Positions 51,622 through 62,229 are shown, counted from the stretch's first letter. The stretch is DNA of 64,000 bases from an uncultured delta proteobacterium (GCA_963848295.1 CAWKDB010000010.1:3520001-3584000), one strand, 5' to 3'. Notes: generated from the sequence alone by a model not told the origin. Translations and numbers: made by a program.

Positions 51622-53793
51622 GAGGGCGCGCACGCGCTCCGCGAGCGACGTGTAGCGCCGCTTCGCGTCGACGTTGTTGACCGCGAGCTGGACGGCGCGC
51701 CGGCTGCCGACGATCACGACGAGCCGCTTGCCGCGCGTCACCGCGGTGTAGAGCAGGCTGCGCTGTAGCATCATGAAGTGCTGGGTCGCGAGCGGGATCA
51801 CGACCGCGGCATACTCCGAGCCCTGCGCCTTGTGGATGCTGACCGCGTACGCGTGCACGAGTTGGTCGAGCTCGTTGCGCTCGTAGGCCGCGCCGCGGCC
51901 GTCGAAGTCGACTCGCATCGCGCCGGCTTCGCTGTCGATCGCGTCGATCACGCCGATATCGCCGTTGAACACGTTCTTGTCGTAGTCGTTGCGCAGCTGC
52001 ATGACCTTGTCGCCCTTGCGAAACGAGCGGTCACCGCGCACGAGCTCGGGCGTGCCGGTCGCCGGGTTGAGCCGGTCTTGCAGCGCCCGGTTGAGCGCCG
52101 CGGTGCCGAGGTCGCCGCGGTGCATCGGCGCGAGCACCTGGATCTGGCCGATCGCGTCGAAGCCGAACCGCGCGGGGATGCGCTCGGCGACGAGCTCGAC
52201 GATCGTCGACCGAGCGGCCTCGAGGTCGTCGCGCGCGATGAAGAAGAAGTCGCTGTCCGGCGCGGCGTCGAGATCCGGGAGCTCGCCGCTGTTGATCCGG
52301 TGAGCCGACACGACGATCTTGCTCTCCGCGGCCTGGCGAAAGATCTCGGTGAGGCGAATCACCGTCGCGGCCTCCGACGCGATGACATCGGCGAGCACCG
52401 CACCGGGGCCGACCGACGGCAGCTGATCGATGTCGCCGACGAGCAGCAGCTGCGCGTTCGGAGGCAACGCGGTGACGACGGCGTGGAACAGCAGCGCATC
52501 GACCATCGACGCCTCGTCGACGACGAGCAGATCGAGCTCGAGTGGATTGCCGCCGTTGCGCTGGAACCCACCGGCCTGCGGCTGAAACTCGAGCAAGCGA
52601 TGGATCGTCATCGCCTCGACGCCGGTCGCCTCGCCGAGTCGCTTCGCGGCGCGTCCGGTCGGAGCGGCGAGCGCGACCTTGCGATGCGCGATGCGCGCGA
52701 GGTGGACGATCGCCTTGACGATCGTCGTCTTGCCGACACCGGGGCCGCCGGTGATCACGACGCACTTGTCGGTGAGCGCGGCGGCAACCGCTCGGCGCTG
52801 TTGCTTCGCGAGCATGACGCCGGTGACCGACTCGAAGACGCCGATCGCCGCTTCGACGTCGAGCGCGAGCGTGCGGCCCGGCGTGCGCGCGAGCTCCGCG
52901 AAGCGCTCGGCGGCCTCGACCTCGGCGCGATGCAGCGCGGGCAGCGCAGTGCACGGGCCATGCGCCGCGAGCAGCTCGCGCACGACCGTGCCGGCGGTGA
53001 CGAGCGCGCCCAGTCGCGCGGGCAACGGCTCGTCGGTCAACTGCAACAGCTCGGCCGCGTCCTTGACGAGCTCCACATCGGGCAAGAACATGTGGCCGTC
53101 ATCCGACGCGGTCTCGAGCGCATGCAACAGGCCAGCCTCGAGGCGCGCAGGCGCATCGCGTGCGATCCCGAGCTTCTCGGCGATCGCATCGGCGGAGCGA
53201 AACCCGATGCCCCAGACCTCGTGCGCGAGCCGATACGGATTGCTCCGCACGATGTTGATCGCGTCTTTGCCGTAGCGCTTGACGATGCGCGCGGCGAACG
53301 CGGCCGACACCCCGTGACCGCGCAGGAACACCATGACGTCTTGCACGTGACGGTGCGCGGCGAACGCTTCGGCGAGCTTGCCGGCGCGCATCGCACCGAT
53401 GCCGGGAACCTCGACGAGCCGCTGTGGCGAACGGTCGATGATCTCGAGCGTATCGATCCCGAAGTGGCCGACGAGCCGGCGCGCGAGCTCGGCCCCGATG
53501 CCGGGGATCAAGCCCGAGCCGAGGAACTTTTCGATCCCGACGATCGTCTCGGGTGCACGCATCTGATACGTCGCGACGCGAAACTGCCGACCGTACTTCT
53601 TGTCGACGATCCACTGACCGCGGATCCGCAGCGGCAGCCCTTCGGACAACCCGACAAGCTCGCCGACGATCGTGACCACCGTGCGATCGACGCCGATGAA
53701 TCGCGCGACGGTGAACGCCGACTCGTCGCTGTGAAACGCGATCCGTTCGATCGTTCCGTCGAGCGTCACCTCGGCGTTGGGCTCGGCCACCAC
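51610..53793 (-). CDS. recD2: ATP-dependent RecD2-like helicase
   Basis: N-terminal OB/HhH region; GGPGVGKT, APTGRAAKRL, DEASM, GDIDQLPSVGPG, HKAQGSEY. Confidence 0.95.
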   Translation of the reverse strand: MVAEPNAEVTLDGTIERIAFHSDESAFTVARFIGVDRTVVTIVGELVGLSEGLPLRIRGQWIVDKKYGRQFRVATYQMRAPETIVGIEKFLGSGLIPGIGAELARRLVGHFGIDTLEIIDRSPQRLVEVPGIGAMRAGKLAEAFAAHRHVQDVMVFLRGHGVSAAFAARIVKRYGKDAINIVRSNPYRLAHEVWGIGFRSADAIAEKLGIARDAPARLEAGLLHALETASDDGHMFLPDVELVKDAAELLQLTDEPLPARLGALVTAGTVVRELLAAHGPCTALPALHRAEVEAAERFAELARTPGRTLALDVEAAIGVFESVTGVMLAKQQRRAVAAALTDKCVVITGGPGVGKTTIVKAIVHLARIAHRKVALAAPTGRAAKRLGEATGVEAMTIHRLLEFQPQAGGFQRNGGNPLELDLLVVDEASMVDALLFHAVVTALPPNAQLLLVGDIDQLPSVGPGAVLADVIASEAATVIRLTEIFRQAAESKIVVSAHRINSGELPDLDAAPDSDFFFIARDDLEAARSTIVELVAERIPARFGFDAIGQIQVLAPMHRGDLGTAALNRALQDRLNPATGTPELVRGDRSFRKGDKVMQLRNDYDKNVFNGDIGVIDAIDSEAGAMRVDFDGRGAAYERNELDQLVHAYAVSIHKAQGSEYAAVVIPLATQHFMMLQRSLLYTAVTRGKRLVVIVGSRRAVQLAVNNVDAKRRYTSLAERVRALSVA

Positions 53794-53922
53794 GCAGCAT
53801 CTTACGTCCGCGCGCTGCGCCGCGGTAGCTCGCCGTCACTCGTACGCGTGCATCACGATGACGTTATTGTGCTCGCCACCCATGACCATGACGTCGACGG
53901 GATCGAACGTACTACGCGAGGG

Positions 53923-54207
53923 CTACTGCTGCGCCGTCGTCGGATGGTGGCCGTCGACGAACTCGACCGCGTCATCGCACGACAGCCGCTCGAACTCGAC
54001 CCGCGCCTCGGAATCGCCGAGGACATCGGGGCACTCCTGCTCGCAGCGCGCGAGATCGGCGTGTGGGTGATCCGGCTTGCAGTCGATGTAGTGCTTGCAC
54101 GCACCGTCGCAGGTGCCGGTGACCCGTTCCCCGACGAGCTGGCGAATCGCGCAGCCGGTGATCGCGCCGGCGACCGCGAGAGCGGCGACGAGGACGCGTC
54201 GCTTCAC
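53923..54207 (-). CDS. Small Cys-rich lipoprotein
   Basis: AITGC lipobox; CDGACKHYIDC..CEQEC. Confidence 0.75.
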   Translation of the reverse strand: MKRRVLVAALAVAGAITGCAIRQLVGERVTGTCDGACKHYIDCKPDHPHADLARCEQECPDVLGDSEARVEFERLSCDDAVEFVDGHHPTTAQQ

Positions 54208-54974
54208 GGCTTCGCTCCGTGACGACCGGCGCCGGCGGCGAACCGCGCGGCACCCGCGGCGCCTTCACCGAGCGCGCGACTTCCGTGCTCGAGCTCGAGC
54301 AGCAGCGCAGCGGGGAGATCGCGATCGTGTTGGAGATACGTGCTCATCCGATCGCCGCGCATCGCCGCTTGCGGCAGCTCGGCGAGCTCGCGCGCGAGTT
54401 GCTCCGCCGCCGCGCGCGCTTGGCCGGCGGGGACGACGCGATTGACCAACCCGAACGCGAGCGCCTCGTCCGCGGGGACCGCGCGGCCGGTCAAGATCAG
54501 ATCGAGCGCGCGCGACAGTCCGATCAACCGCGGCATCCGGATCGTGCCGCCGTCGATCAGCGGCACGCCGAACCGCCGGCAGAACACGCCGAGGATCGCG
54601 GTCTGCTCCGCGACCCGCAGATCGCACCACAGCGCGAGCTCCAAGCCGCCGGCAACGGCGTGACCCGCGATCGCCGCGATCACCGGCTTGCCGAGCAGCA
54701 TCCGCGTCGGTCCCATCGGGCCATCGCCGTCCGGTGCGACGCGATTGCCGCGACCTTCGGCGAAGCCTTTCAGATCGGCGCCGGCGCAGAACGTGCCGTG
54801 ATCGCCGAAGAGCACGCCGACGCGGGCCGCGTCATCGGCATCGAACGCGCGGAACGCATCGGCGAGCGCCTGCGCGGTGTCGCGATCGACCGCGTTCTTG
54901 CTCGCTGGCCGATCCAGGATCACGGTCGTGACCGGACCCTCGCGCTCGATGCGCACCGACGCAGACGTCGTCAT
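54204..54974 (-). CDS. Enoyl-CoA hydratase/isomerase family protein
   Basis: FCAGADLK, KPVIAAIAGHAVAGGLELALWCD, FCRRFGVPLIDGG. Confidence 0.93.
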   Translation of the reverse strand: MTTSASVRIEREGPVTTVILDRPASKNAVDRDTAQALADAFRAFDADDAARVGVLFGDHGTFCAGADLKGFAEGRGNRVAPDGDGPMGPTRMLLGKPVIAAIAGHAVAGGLELALWCDLRVAEQTAILGVFCRRFGVPLIDGGTIRMPRLIGLSRALDLILTGRAVPADEALAFGLVNRVVPAGQARAAAEQLARELAELPQAAMRGDRMSTYLQHDRDLPAALLLELEHGSRALGEGAAGAARFAAGAGRHGAKP

Positions 54975-55000
54975 CCGAGGTGATGGTAGCATCCGCCGCT
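54975..55000. promoter_or_regulatory. 26-bp divergent promoter with overlapping -10 hexamers
   Basis: TAGCAT (+, 54987-92) and TACCAT (-, 54988-83), each 8 nt from an ATG. Confidence 0.6.
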
Positions 55001-56122
55001 ATGGCCGCCGTAAAGCGCATCGCGATCCTGACAAGCGGCGGTGACGCACCTGGCATGAACGCCGCGATCCGAGCCACCGCGCTGGTCGGGCGGGGCCTCG
55101 GGCTCGATGTCCTCGGCATCGAGCGCGGCTATCGCGGCCTGCTCGACGATAGCTTCACCGAGCTCGGAGCCAATGATGTCGCGGGTATCCTGCGCGAAGG
55201 GGGCACGATCCTCGGGTCCGCGCGGTGTAAGGAATTCCATGAGAGGGCCGTGCGCGACCGGGCGCGCGCGGTCCTGGCGAGCCACGCGATCGACGGCGTG
55301 ATCGTGGTCGGCGGCAACGGATCGCTCACCGGTGCGCTCCACCTGGCCGATCCAGCGGAGGTAGGCAGCGGTCGGCCGCTCAAGGTCATCGGGATCCCGG
55401 CGTCGATCGATAACGACCTCGGGCTGACCGGGTTGTCGATCGGCGTCGACACCGCGATGAACACGATCGTCGAGGCTTGCGACAAGATCGCCGACACCGC
55501 GACCGCGCACGATCGCACGTTCATCGTCGAGGTCATGGGCCGCGATTGCGGCTACCTCGCGATGACCTCGGCGATCGCGGTCGGCGCCGACCTCGCGTTG
55601 TTTCCAGAAGCGGGCAAGAGCGATCAGGAGTTCGTCGATCAGATCGTCGACACCGTGATGGCGGTGCGGCAGCGGCCGTCGCGTCGCGCTCGCCGGGTCA
55701 TCGTGATCAAGGCCGAAGGCGTCGCGATGCCGGTCGACAAGCTCAAGGCCGCGGTCGACGCGAAGCTGCTCGCGCGCACGCCGGAAGGCGAAGCGAGCTC
55801 GATCGAGACGCGCGTCACCGTCCTCGGTCACGTCGTGCGCGGGGGCCGGCCGTCGGCGTTCGATCGGTTGCTCGGCAGCCGGCTCGCGAACGTCGCGGTG
55901 CGTGCGCTGCACGCGGGCGTCGGCCACAAGATGGCGGCGTGGATGCCGCCGGTCGAGCTGCCCGAGGAAGTCGGCACGCGATCGCCGGCCGACCCCTACT
56001 GTTGGCTCGTCGACCTGGCCGCGGTGCTCACCGAGACTGAAAATTTATTGAAGGGACGGAGTCCGCTCGCGCGCTGGAGAGCGGGGGCGTTCGAAGACAT
56101 CGAAGACGCGCTCTTGCTGTAA
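55001..56122 (+). CDS. pfkA: 6-phosphofructokinase (probably ATP-dependent)
   Basis: TSGGDAPGMN, GGTILGSAR, GGNGS, PASIDND, EVMGR, LGHVVRGG. Confidence 0.93.
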   Translation: MAAVKRIAILTSGGDAPGMNAAIRATALVGRGLGLDVLGIERGYRGLLDDSFTELGANDVAGILREGGTILGSARCKEFHERAVRDRARAVLASHAIDGVIVVGGNGSLTGALHLADPAEVGSGRPLKVIGIPASIDNDLGLTGLSIGVDTAMNTIVEACDKIADTATAHDRTFIVEVMGRDCGYLAMTSAIAVGADLALFPEAGKSDQEFVDQIVDTVMAVRQRPSRRARRVIVIKAEGVAMPVDKLKAAVDAKLLARTPEGEASSIETRVTVLGHVVRGGRPSAFDRLLGSRLANVAVRALHAGVGHKMAAWMPPVELPEEVGTRSPADPYCWLVDLAAVLTETENLLKGRSPLARWRAGAFEDIEDALLL

Positions 56123-56130
56123 GGTCGGGC

Positions 56131-57978
56131 GTGCCTTCTGAACCCGAGCTCCAGCGGCTGTTCGAGCGCACGCCGATCGGGATGTATCGCTCGGATGCCT
56201 CGGGTCGCTTGCTCGTCGCGAATCCGGCGCTCGTCGCGATGCTCGGCTACGACACCGTCGAGGAAGTGCTCGCGCTCGATCTCAATCGCGACGTCTATGT
56301 CGATGCCAGCGGTCGCGCACCGGTGCTCGAGGAGTATCGCCACACCGGCGTCGTCGACGGCAGTCGCGTGCAGTGGCGGACGAGGACCGGTCGGACGCTA
56401 TCGATCCAGCTGTACGGCCACGTCGTCGACACCGCGCAAGGGCTGATGTTCGACGCGACCGTGATCGACATGACCGAGATCGATGCGGTCGAGCGCGAGC
56501 TCGTGCGCCAGCGCGAGGAGCTCGAACGCACCGCGACGACGCTCGATCAGGTCGTGCGCCAGATGCCGACCATGTATTGGCTGATCGATCACGACATGCG
56601 GATCCTGCGTACCGGCGGCTCGGTCCAGCCGATCCTCGGCTATGCACCCGACAAGTTCATCGGCGTGACGCTCGAGCAGGTCCACGCGACCGAGCCGGGC
56701 TCCGTGTCACCGGTCGAGCCGCATGCGCGCGCGCTGCGCGGCGAAGTCGTCGAGTACCACACGGTCTATCGCCACAAGGAGCTGACGACCACGGTCGGCC
56801 CGCTGCGCTCGCGCGATGGCGCGATCGTCGGAGCGATCGGCACGTCGATCGACGTCACGGCGATCCGCCGGCTCGAACGTCGGATGATCGATGCGCAACG
56901 CGCCGAGAGCCTCGGGGTGCTCGCCGGCGGCCTCGCGCATGACTTCAACAATCTGCTCGTCGCGGTGCTCGGCAACGCCGACCTCGCGCTGCGGGAGATC
57001 CCCGCCGGCACGCCCGGGCGCACCGCGATCGAGAACATCCGGCAGGCGGGGCTACGCGCCTCCGAGCTGACGTATCAGCTGCTCGCGTACGCCGGGCGCG
57101 GAGGCACCGGCACGACGCGCGTGTCGCCGGCGGAGATGGTCGACGAGCTGTTGCGCATCGTCGGTGCGTCATTCCCTCCGGGCGTGACGGTGTCGGTCGA
57201 GTTCGAAGGCGATCCCACCGTGCGCGCCGATCCTGCGCAGCTGCGGCAGGTGCTGCTGAATCTGATCACGAACGCGCGCGAAGCGGTCGGCGAGCGCGGC
57301 GCGATCCGCGTCCATGGCCAACGCGTTCACGTCGACGGCCAACCGCATCCCGACGACATCATCTCGGTCTACGCCGGTAACTACGTCTCGCTCGAGGTCA
57401 GCGACGACGGGCCGGGGATGACCGACGTGGTTCGTCGCCGCGTGTTCGAGCCGTTCTTCACGACGAAGCAATCCGGGCACGGCCTCGGCCTCGCGGCGCT
57501 CGTCGGCATCGTGCGCGCGCACGGCGGTGGCCTGCGCCTGACCTCGTCGCCCGGCGCCGGTGCGGTGTTTCGGGTGTTGTGGCCCGCCGCTTCGACCGCG
57601 CCGGTGCGAGCACCGAGCCCGGAGCGCGCCGCGGCCAAGCACGTGCTCGTGGTCGACGACGAGGACCTCGTGCGCGATGTCGTCGCCCGCATGATCGAGG
57701 ATCTCGGCTACACCGCCGACACCGCCGCCGATGGAGCGTCCGCGCTCGCGATGCTCGACGAACGCGAGTTCGACGCGGTGCTCGTCGACTTGTCGATGCC
57801 GAGGATGAGCGGCGCGGACGTCGTCGCGGCGGTGCGCGAGCGCAAGCCGGGCTTGCCGATCATCTTGTGCAGCGGTTACGACCGCGACGGCCGCGGGCCG
57901 GTCGACGCCGACGCGTTCCTGCCCAAGCCGTTCCGCATCGAAGTGCTCGAGCAGACCCTCGCGAAGCTCTTTAACTGA
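56131..57978 (+). CDS. PAS-PAS hybrid histidine kinase
   Basis: Two PAS-like domains; AGGLAHDFNN; EPFFTTK; terminal receiver. Confidence 0.92.
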   Translation: MPSEPELQRLFERTPIGMYRSDASGRLLVANPALVAMLGYDTVEEVLALDLNRDVYVDASGRAPVLEEYRHTGVVDGSRVQWRTRTGRTLSIQLYGHVVDTAQGLMFDATVIDMTEIDAVERELVRQREELERTATTLDQVVRQMPTMYWLIDHDMRILRTGGSVQPILGYAPDKFIGVTLEQVHATEPGSVSPVEPHARALRGEVVEYHTVYRHKELTTTVGPLRSRDGAIVGAIGTSIDVTAIRRLERRMIDAQRAESLGVLAGGLAHDFNNLLVAVLGNADLALREIPAGTPGRTAIENIRQAGLRASELTYQLLAYAGRGGTGTTRVSPAEMVDELLRIVGASFPPGVTVSVEFEGDPTVRADPAQLRQVLLNLITNAREAVGERGAIRVHGQRVHVDGQPHPDDIISVYAGNYVSLEVSDDGPGMTDVVRRRVFEPFFTTKQSGHGLGLAALVGIVRAHGGGLRLTSSPGAGAVFRVLWPAASTAPVRAPSPERAAAKHVLVVDDEDLVRDVVARMIEDLGYTADTAADGASALAMLDEREFDAVLVDLSMPRMSGADVVAAVRERKPGLPIILCSGYDRDGRGPVDADAFLPKPFRIEVLEQTLAKLFN

Positions 57979-58102
57979 AGAGCCGAACACAAGTTGTTGA
58001 GAACGCTGCAAGGCTGCCGTCGCCGGTGCTGCGCACTCTTGCGGGGAGGTTGCAAAGTGTTAAAGCCCAACCACGGCGCGGCTAAATCACTATGCTGACC
58101 TC

Positions 58103-58810
58103 GTGACCGATCAAGCGCTGCCGTCTATCAAGGTCCTGCTCGTCGAGGATGACACCCGCCTCGCGCAACTCACCGCGCGCTACCTCGAGAGCCACAACGT
58201 GCTCGTCGCGGTGGCGGCCGACGGCCTCGAAGGCCAGGCCGAGGCGCTGCGTCGCCAATACGACTGCGTCGTGCTCGATCTGATGTTGCCCGGGCGCGAC
58301 GGTATCGAGGTCTGTCGGCAACTGCGCGGTCGGATCGACGTGCCGATCATCATGGTGACCGCGCGCGGCGAAGAAGCGGATCGAGTGCTCGGGCTCGAGG
58401 TCGGCGCCGACGACTACGTCACCAAGCCGTTCTCGCCGCGCGAGCTGCTCGCCCGGATTCGCGCGAACGTGCGGCGCGTGCGCGGTCAAGCCGGTCCCGC
58501 GCAAGAGACGATTCAGGTCGGCACGCTGATCCTCGATCCGGCGCGGATGACGGTCGAGCTCGAGGGCAAAGCGGTCGAGGTCACGGCGTACGAGTTTTCG
58601 ATCCTGCGCGCGCTCGCGCAACGACCGGGCCGCGTGCTGTCGCGCGAGCAACTGCTCGATCTCGCGAAGGGCTCGGCCGAGCTGTCGTTCGATCGTTCGA
58701 TCGACGTTCACGTCTCGCGCCTGCGCGCGAAGCTCGGCGACGATAGCCGCAACCCGAAGATCCTCAAGACCGTGCGCGGTGCGGGCTACTTGCTCGCCGG
58801 TGGCGACTAG
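58103..58810 (+). CDS. OmpR-family response regulator
   Basis: Receiver plus winged HTH (DRSIDVHVSRLRAKL, TVRGAGY). Confidence 0.95.
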   Translation: MTDQALPSIKVLLVEDDTRLAQLTARYLESHNVLVAVAADGLEGQAEALRRQYDCVVLDLMLPGRDGIEVCRQLRGRIDVPIIMVTARGEEADRVLGLEVGADDYVTKPFSPRELLARIRANVRRVRGQAGPAQETIQVGTLILDPARMTVELEGKAVEVTAYEFSILRALAQRPGRVLSREQLLDLAKGSAELSFDRSIDVHVSRLRAKLGDDSRNPKILKTVRGAGYLLAGGD

Positions 58811-60120
58811 TGACCAAGCCGCGGCGCAAGATCGCGCTCCGGATCTACGCGTTCACCGCGGCGATCGCGGTCGCGGCGATGGTCGCGCTCCTCGTGTTGC
58901 CGCGGTTCATCGGCAGCCCGCGCTATCTCGGGCCGCAGGCCGCGCTCGTCCAGAACATGGTCGATCGGTTGGCGCAACGCGATGCCGCGACTCGCGCCGA
59001 TCACGTCGCGCATCTCGCACTGCGGTTGCGCGCGAAGCTGACGATGTTCGACGCGCACGACAACGTGCTGAACTCGACGAGCGACGTGCTCGCGCCACCG
59101 ACCCCCGAAGAGCGGCGCACCCTCGCGGGCGACGAGAAATGGGCGATCAGCTGGGGCCGGATCGTCGTGCGCAGCGACGACGGCGCGGTGTTCGGCGTCT
59201 ACGAACCGGACGATCCGGGCCGCCCGTGGGGCCTGTTGCTCGAGCTCGCCGCCGGCGTGTTGGTCGTCGCGGGCGCGGCCTCGCTGTGGTTCTCGCGCGG
59301 CCTCGTTCGTCCGCTCGGTCGGCTCGCCGATGCGGCGCGGCAGTTCGGAGGCGGCGATACCGCAGCGCGCGCCCAGCTGCAGCGCGACGACGAGCTCGGC
59401 CAAGTCGGAGCGGCGTTCGATGACATGGCGGATCGCACGGCCGCGCTGCTCGCATCGCAGCGCCAGCTCATGGCCGATGTCTCGCACGAGCTGCGCACCC
59501 CGCTCGCGCGCATCCGCGTCGCGCTCGAGCTCGTGTCCGAAGATCCGGTGGCGGCGAAGGACGTGCTCAACGACGTCACGGGCGATCTCGACGAGATCGA
59601 TCAGCTGATCTCCGACATCCTCACGACCGCGCGGCTCGACGCCGATCCGACGCCGATCAAGCGCCAGCCGATGCCGGTCGGCGATCTCGCAGAGCGCGCC
59701 GCCGGTCGGTTCAAGGCGCGCCATCCGCAGCGCGAGCTCGAGCGAAGAGACGCGAACGGGTCGACCGCAGCCGAGGTCGACTGCGACCCCGTCTTGCTGC
59801 GCCGCGCGCTCGACAACCTCCTCGACAACGCCGCGAAGTACTCCGACGCGGCCGTCCGGCTCGAAGTCCGGCCCGACCAAGGTACGATCGTGTTCGAGGT
59901 CATCGATCGCGGCATCGGCATGTCGGCCGAAGAGCTCGAGAGCGCGTTTACCCCGTTCTGGCGCGCCGACCAGAGCCGGGCCCGCAAGACCGGTGGCGTC
60001 GGCCTCGGGCTCGCGCTCGCCCGCCGGATCGCGCGCGCGCACGGCGGCGACGTGACGCTCGCGTCGCGGCCCGGATCCGGCACCACCGCGCGTCTACAGA
60101 TTCCTCGGTTGCACGGTTAA
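58810..60120 (+). CDS. HAMP sensor histidine kinase (CpxA-like)
   Basis: Two TM segments, HAMP, DVSHELRTPL, NAAKY, GGVGLGL. Confidence 0.93.
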   Translation: MTKPRRKIALRIYAFTAAIAVAAMVALLVLPRFIGSPRYLGPQAALVQNMVDRLAQRDAATRADHVAHLALRLRAKLTMFDAHDNVLNSTSDVLAPPTPEERRTLAGDEKWAISWGRIVVRSDDGAVFGVYEPDDPGRPWGLLLELAAGVLVVAGAASLWFSRGLVRPLGRLADAARQFGGGDTAARAQLQRDDELGQVGAAFDDMADRTAALLASQRQLMADVSHELRTPLARIRVALELVSEDPVAAKDVLNDVTGDLDEIDQLISDILTTARLDADPTPIKRQPMPVGDLAERAAGRFKARHPQRELERRDANGSTAAEVDCDPVLLRRALDNLLDNAAKYSDAAVRLEVRPDQGTIVFEVIDRGIGMSAEELESAFTPFWRADQSRARKTGGVGLGLALARRIARAHGGDVTLASRPGSGTTARLQIPRLHG

Positions 60121-60188
60121 ATGTGGGTAGTTGCTTGGAAACAAATAGCAATATCCCCGCAACGCTCGGCTCGTAGCGCGGTATCACA

Positions 60189-61514
60189 ATGCTCAACGTG
60201 AAGCTGAATCCATGGATCTCTCGCGGGCTCGTGGCGGCGATCGCCGCCGGCGGGATCGTCGCACTTATCGTGACCAAGCCTTGGGCGAGCGGTGAAGCGC
60301 CGGTCACGTTCTCGACCGTCACGGTTACCAAGGGCTCGATCGCGGCACAGGTCACCGCGAACGGCACGCTGTCGGCGCGCACGACCGTCCAGGTCGGCGC
60401 CCAGGTCACCGGCCGCGTGGTCGAGCTCCACGCCGACTTCAACGATCACGTCACGAAGGGCGAGGTGATCGCGAAGCTCGACCCGAGCGTGCTGCGCGCG
60501 CAGATCCAGCAGGCGCAGGCGAACCTCGATCAAGCGGTCGCGAACCTCGCGAAGGCGCGCGTCGCGGAGATGGACGGCAAGCGCCAGTACGACCGCCAGG
60601 TCAAGCTGCGCGAACAACAGCTCGTCGCCGACCTCACGGTCGAGACCGCCGAGGTCACCTGGAAGAGCGCGGTCGCGAACACCGCGTCGATGGTCGCGCA
60701 GGTCGAGCAGGCGAAGGCCTCGCTCGAGCAGGCCAGGACGAACCTCGGTTACGCGACCATCACCTCGCCGGTCGACGGTACCGTGCTGACCCGGTCGTAC
60801 GACATCGGCCAGACCGTGCAGGCGTCGTTGTCGGCACCGACGCTGTTCACGATCGCCGAGGACCTCGGCCACATGCAGATCGATACGTCGGTCGCCGAGG
60901 CCGATGTCGGCCGCTTGCAAGACAAGATGAAGGCGACGTTCTCGGTCGACGCCTACCCGGGCAAGACATTCGACGGCATCGTGCGCCAGGTTCGCAACTC
61001 GCCGACGACGGTGTCCGGGGTCGTGACCTACGACGCGGTGATCGATGTCGACAACGAGAAGCACGAGCTGCGCCCGGGGATGACCGCGAACATCACGTTC
61101 GTGCTCGATCAAGTCGCCGACACGATCAAGATCCCGAACGCCGCGCTGCGGTTCAAGCCGACGCGCGACCAGATGATGGCGATCCGCGAGCGGTTTGGCG
61201 GCGGCAAAGGCAGTGGCAGCGGTCGTCACCACCACGATGGCTCGGACTCGGGCGACGGTGGCGCTCCTGCCATCAAGATCGACGGCAGCAGCGGCGCCTC
61301 GGGCGGTGGCATGAAGATGAACTTCGGCGACAAGAAGCCGGTGTGGAAGCTCGTCGATGGCAAGCCGAAGATGGTGCTGATCAAGCCGGGGCTGACCGAC
61401 GGGACGTCGACCCAGCTCATCGAAGGCGAGCTCGAGCCCGGCGACCAACTGATCACCGAGATCATCGGTCTACCGACCGCCCCTGCGAACAAGCGCAAGG
61501 TCGGAGCTTTCTAG
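60189..61514 (+). CDS. MacA-like periplasmic adaptor subunit
   Basis: VQVGAQVTGRV, ITSPVDGTV, EADVG, LRPGMTA, IPNAALRF. Confidence 0.92.
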   Translation: MLNVKLNPWISRGLVAAIAAGGIVALIVTKPWASGEAPVTFSTVTVTKGSIAAQVTANGTLSARTTVQVGAQVTGRVVELHADFNDHVTKGEVIAKLDPSVLRAQIQQAQANLDQAVANLAKARVAEMDGKRQYDRQVKLREQQLVADLTVETAEVTWKSAVANTASMVAQVEQAKASLEQARTNLGYATITSPVDGTVLTRSYDIGQTVQASLSAPTLFTIAEDLGHMQIDTSVAEADVGRLQDKMKATFSVDAYPGKTFDGIVRQVRNSPTTVSGVVTYDAVIDVDNEKHELRPGMTANITFVLDQVADTIKIPNAALRFKPTRDQMMAIRERFGGGKGSGSGRHHHDGSDSGDGGAPAIKIDGSSGASGGGMKMNFGDKKPVWKLVDGKPKMVLIKPGLTDGTSTQLIEGELEPGDQLITEIIGLPTAPANKRKVGAF

Positions 61515-61518
61515 TGCC

Positions 61519-62229
61519 ATGTCGGCGCTGATCGAGATGCGCGACATCGAGCGGACGTACGTGATGGGCGACAACCTCGTCCACGCGCTGCGCGGCGTCG
61601 ATCTCGTGATCGACCAAGGCGCCTCGATCGCGATTGATGGGTCCGTCGGGCTCGGGCAAGTCGACGATGATGAACTTGATGGGCTGCCTCGACGTGCCGA
61701 GCAAGGGCAGCTACCACCTCAACGGCAAGGACGTGTCGCGGCTGTCGCGCGCGCAGCTCGCCGAGGTCCGCGGTCACATGATCGGCTTCGTGTTCCAGAG
61801 CTTCAACTTGCTGTCGCGCACGACCGCGCTCGAGAACGTCGAGATGCCGCTGATGTACCAAGGCGTGCACGGCCGCGAGCGGCGCCGGCGCGCGTTACGT
61901 GCGCTCGAGCGCGTCGGCCTGGCAGATCGCGCGGATCACCACCCGAACCAGCTGTCCGGCGGTCAGCAGCAGCGCGTCGCGATCGCGCGCGCGCTCGTCG
62001 GCGAGGCACCGGTGATCATGGCGGACGAGCCGACCGGCAACCTCGACTCGAAGACGTCGTACGAGGTCATGGCGCTGTTGCAAGCGCTCGTCGACCAGGG
62101 CAAGACCGTCATCCTCGTCACCCACGAGCCCGACATCGCGCAGTACGCCTCGCGCGTCGTCACGCTCAAGACGGCCTGATCGTCGAAGATCGCAAGCAGA
62201 CGCCGCTGCGCGCGGATCAAGCGGCATGA
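61519..62229 (+). CDS. MacB/LolD-type ABC ATPase with two compensating frameshifts (about 61636 and 62170)
   Basis: ALRGVDL in one frame; [26 protein letters not shown] in another; C-terminus back in the first frame. Confidence 0.85.
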   Translation: MSALIEMRDIERTYVMGDNLVHALRGVDLVIDQGASIAIDGSVGLGQVDDDELDGLPRRAEQGQLPPQRQGRVAAVARAARRGPRSHDRLRVPELQLAVAHDRARERRDAADVPRRARPRAAPARVTCARARRPGRSRGSPPEPAVRRSAAARRDRARARRRGTGDHGGRADRQPRLEDVVRGHGAVASARRPGQDRHPRHPRARHRAVRLARRHAQDGLIVEDRKQTPLRADQAA

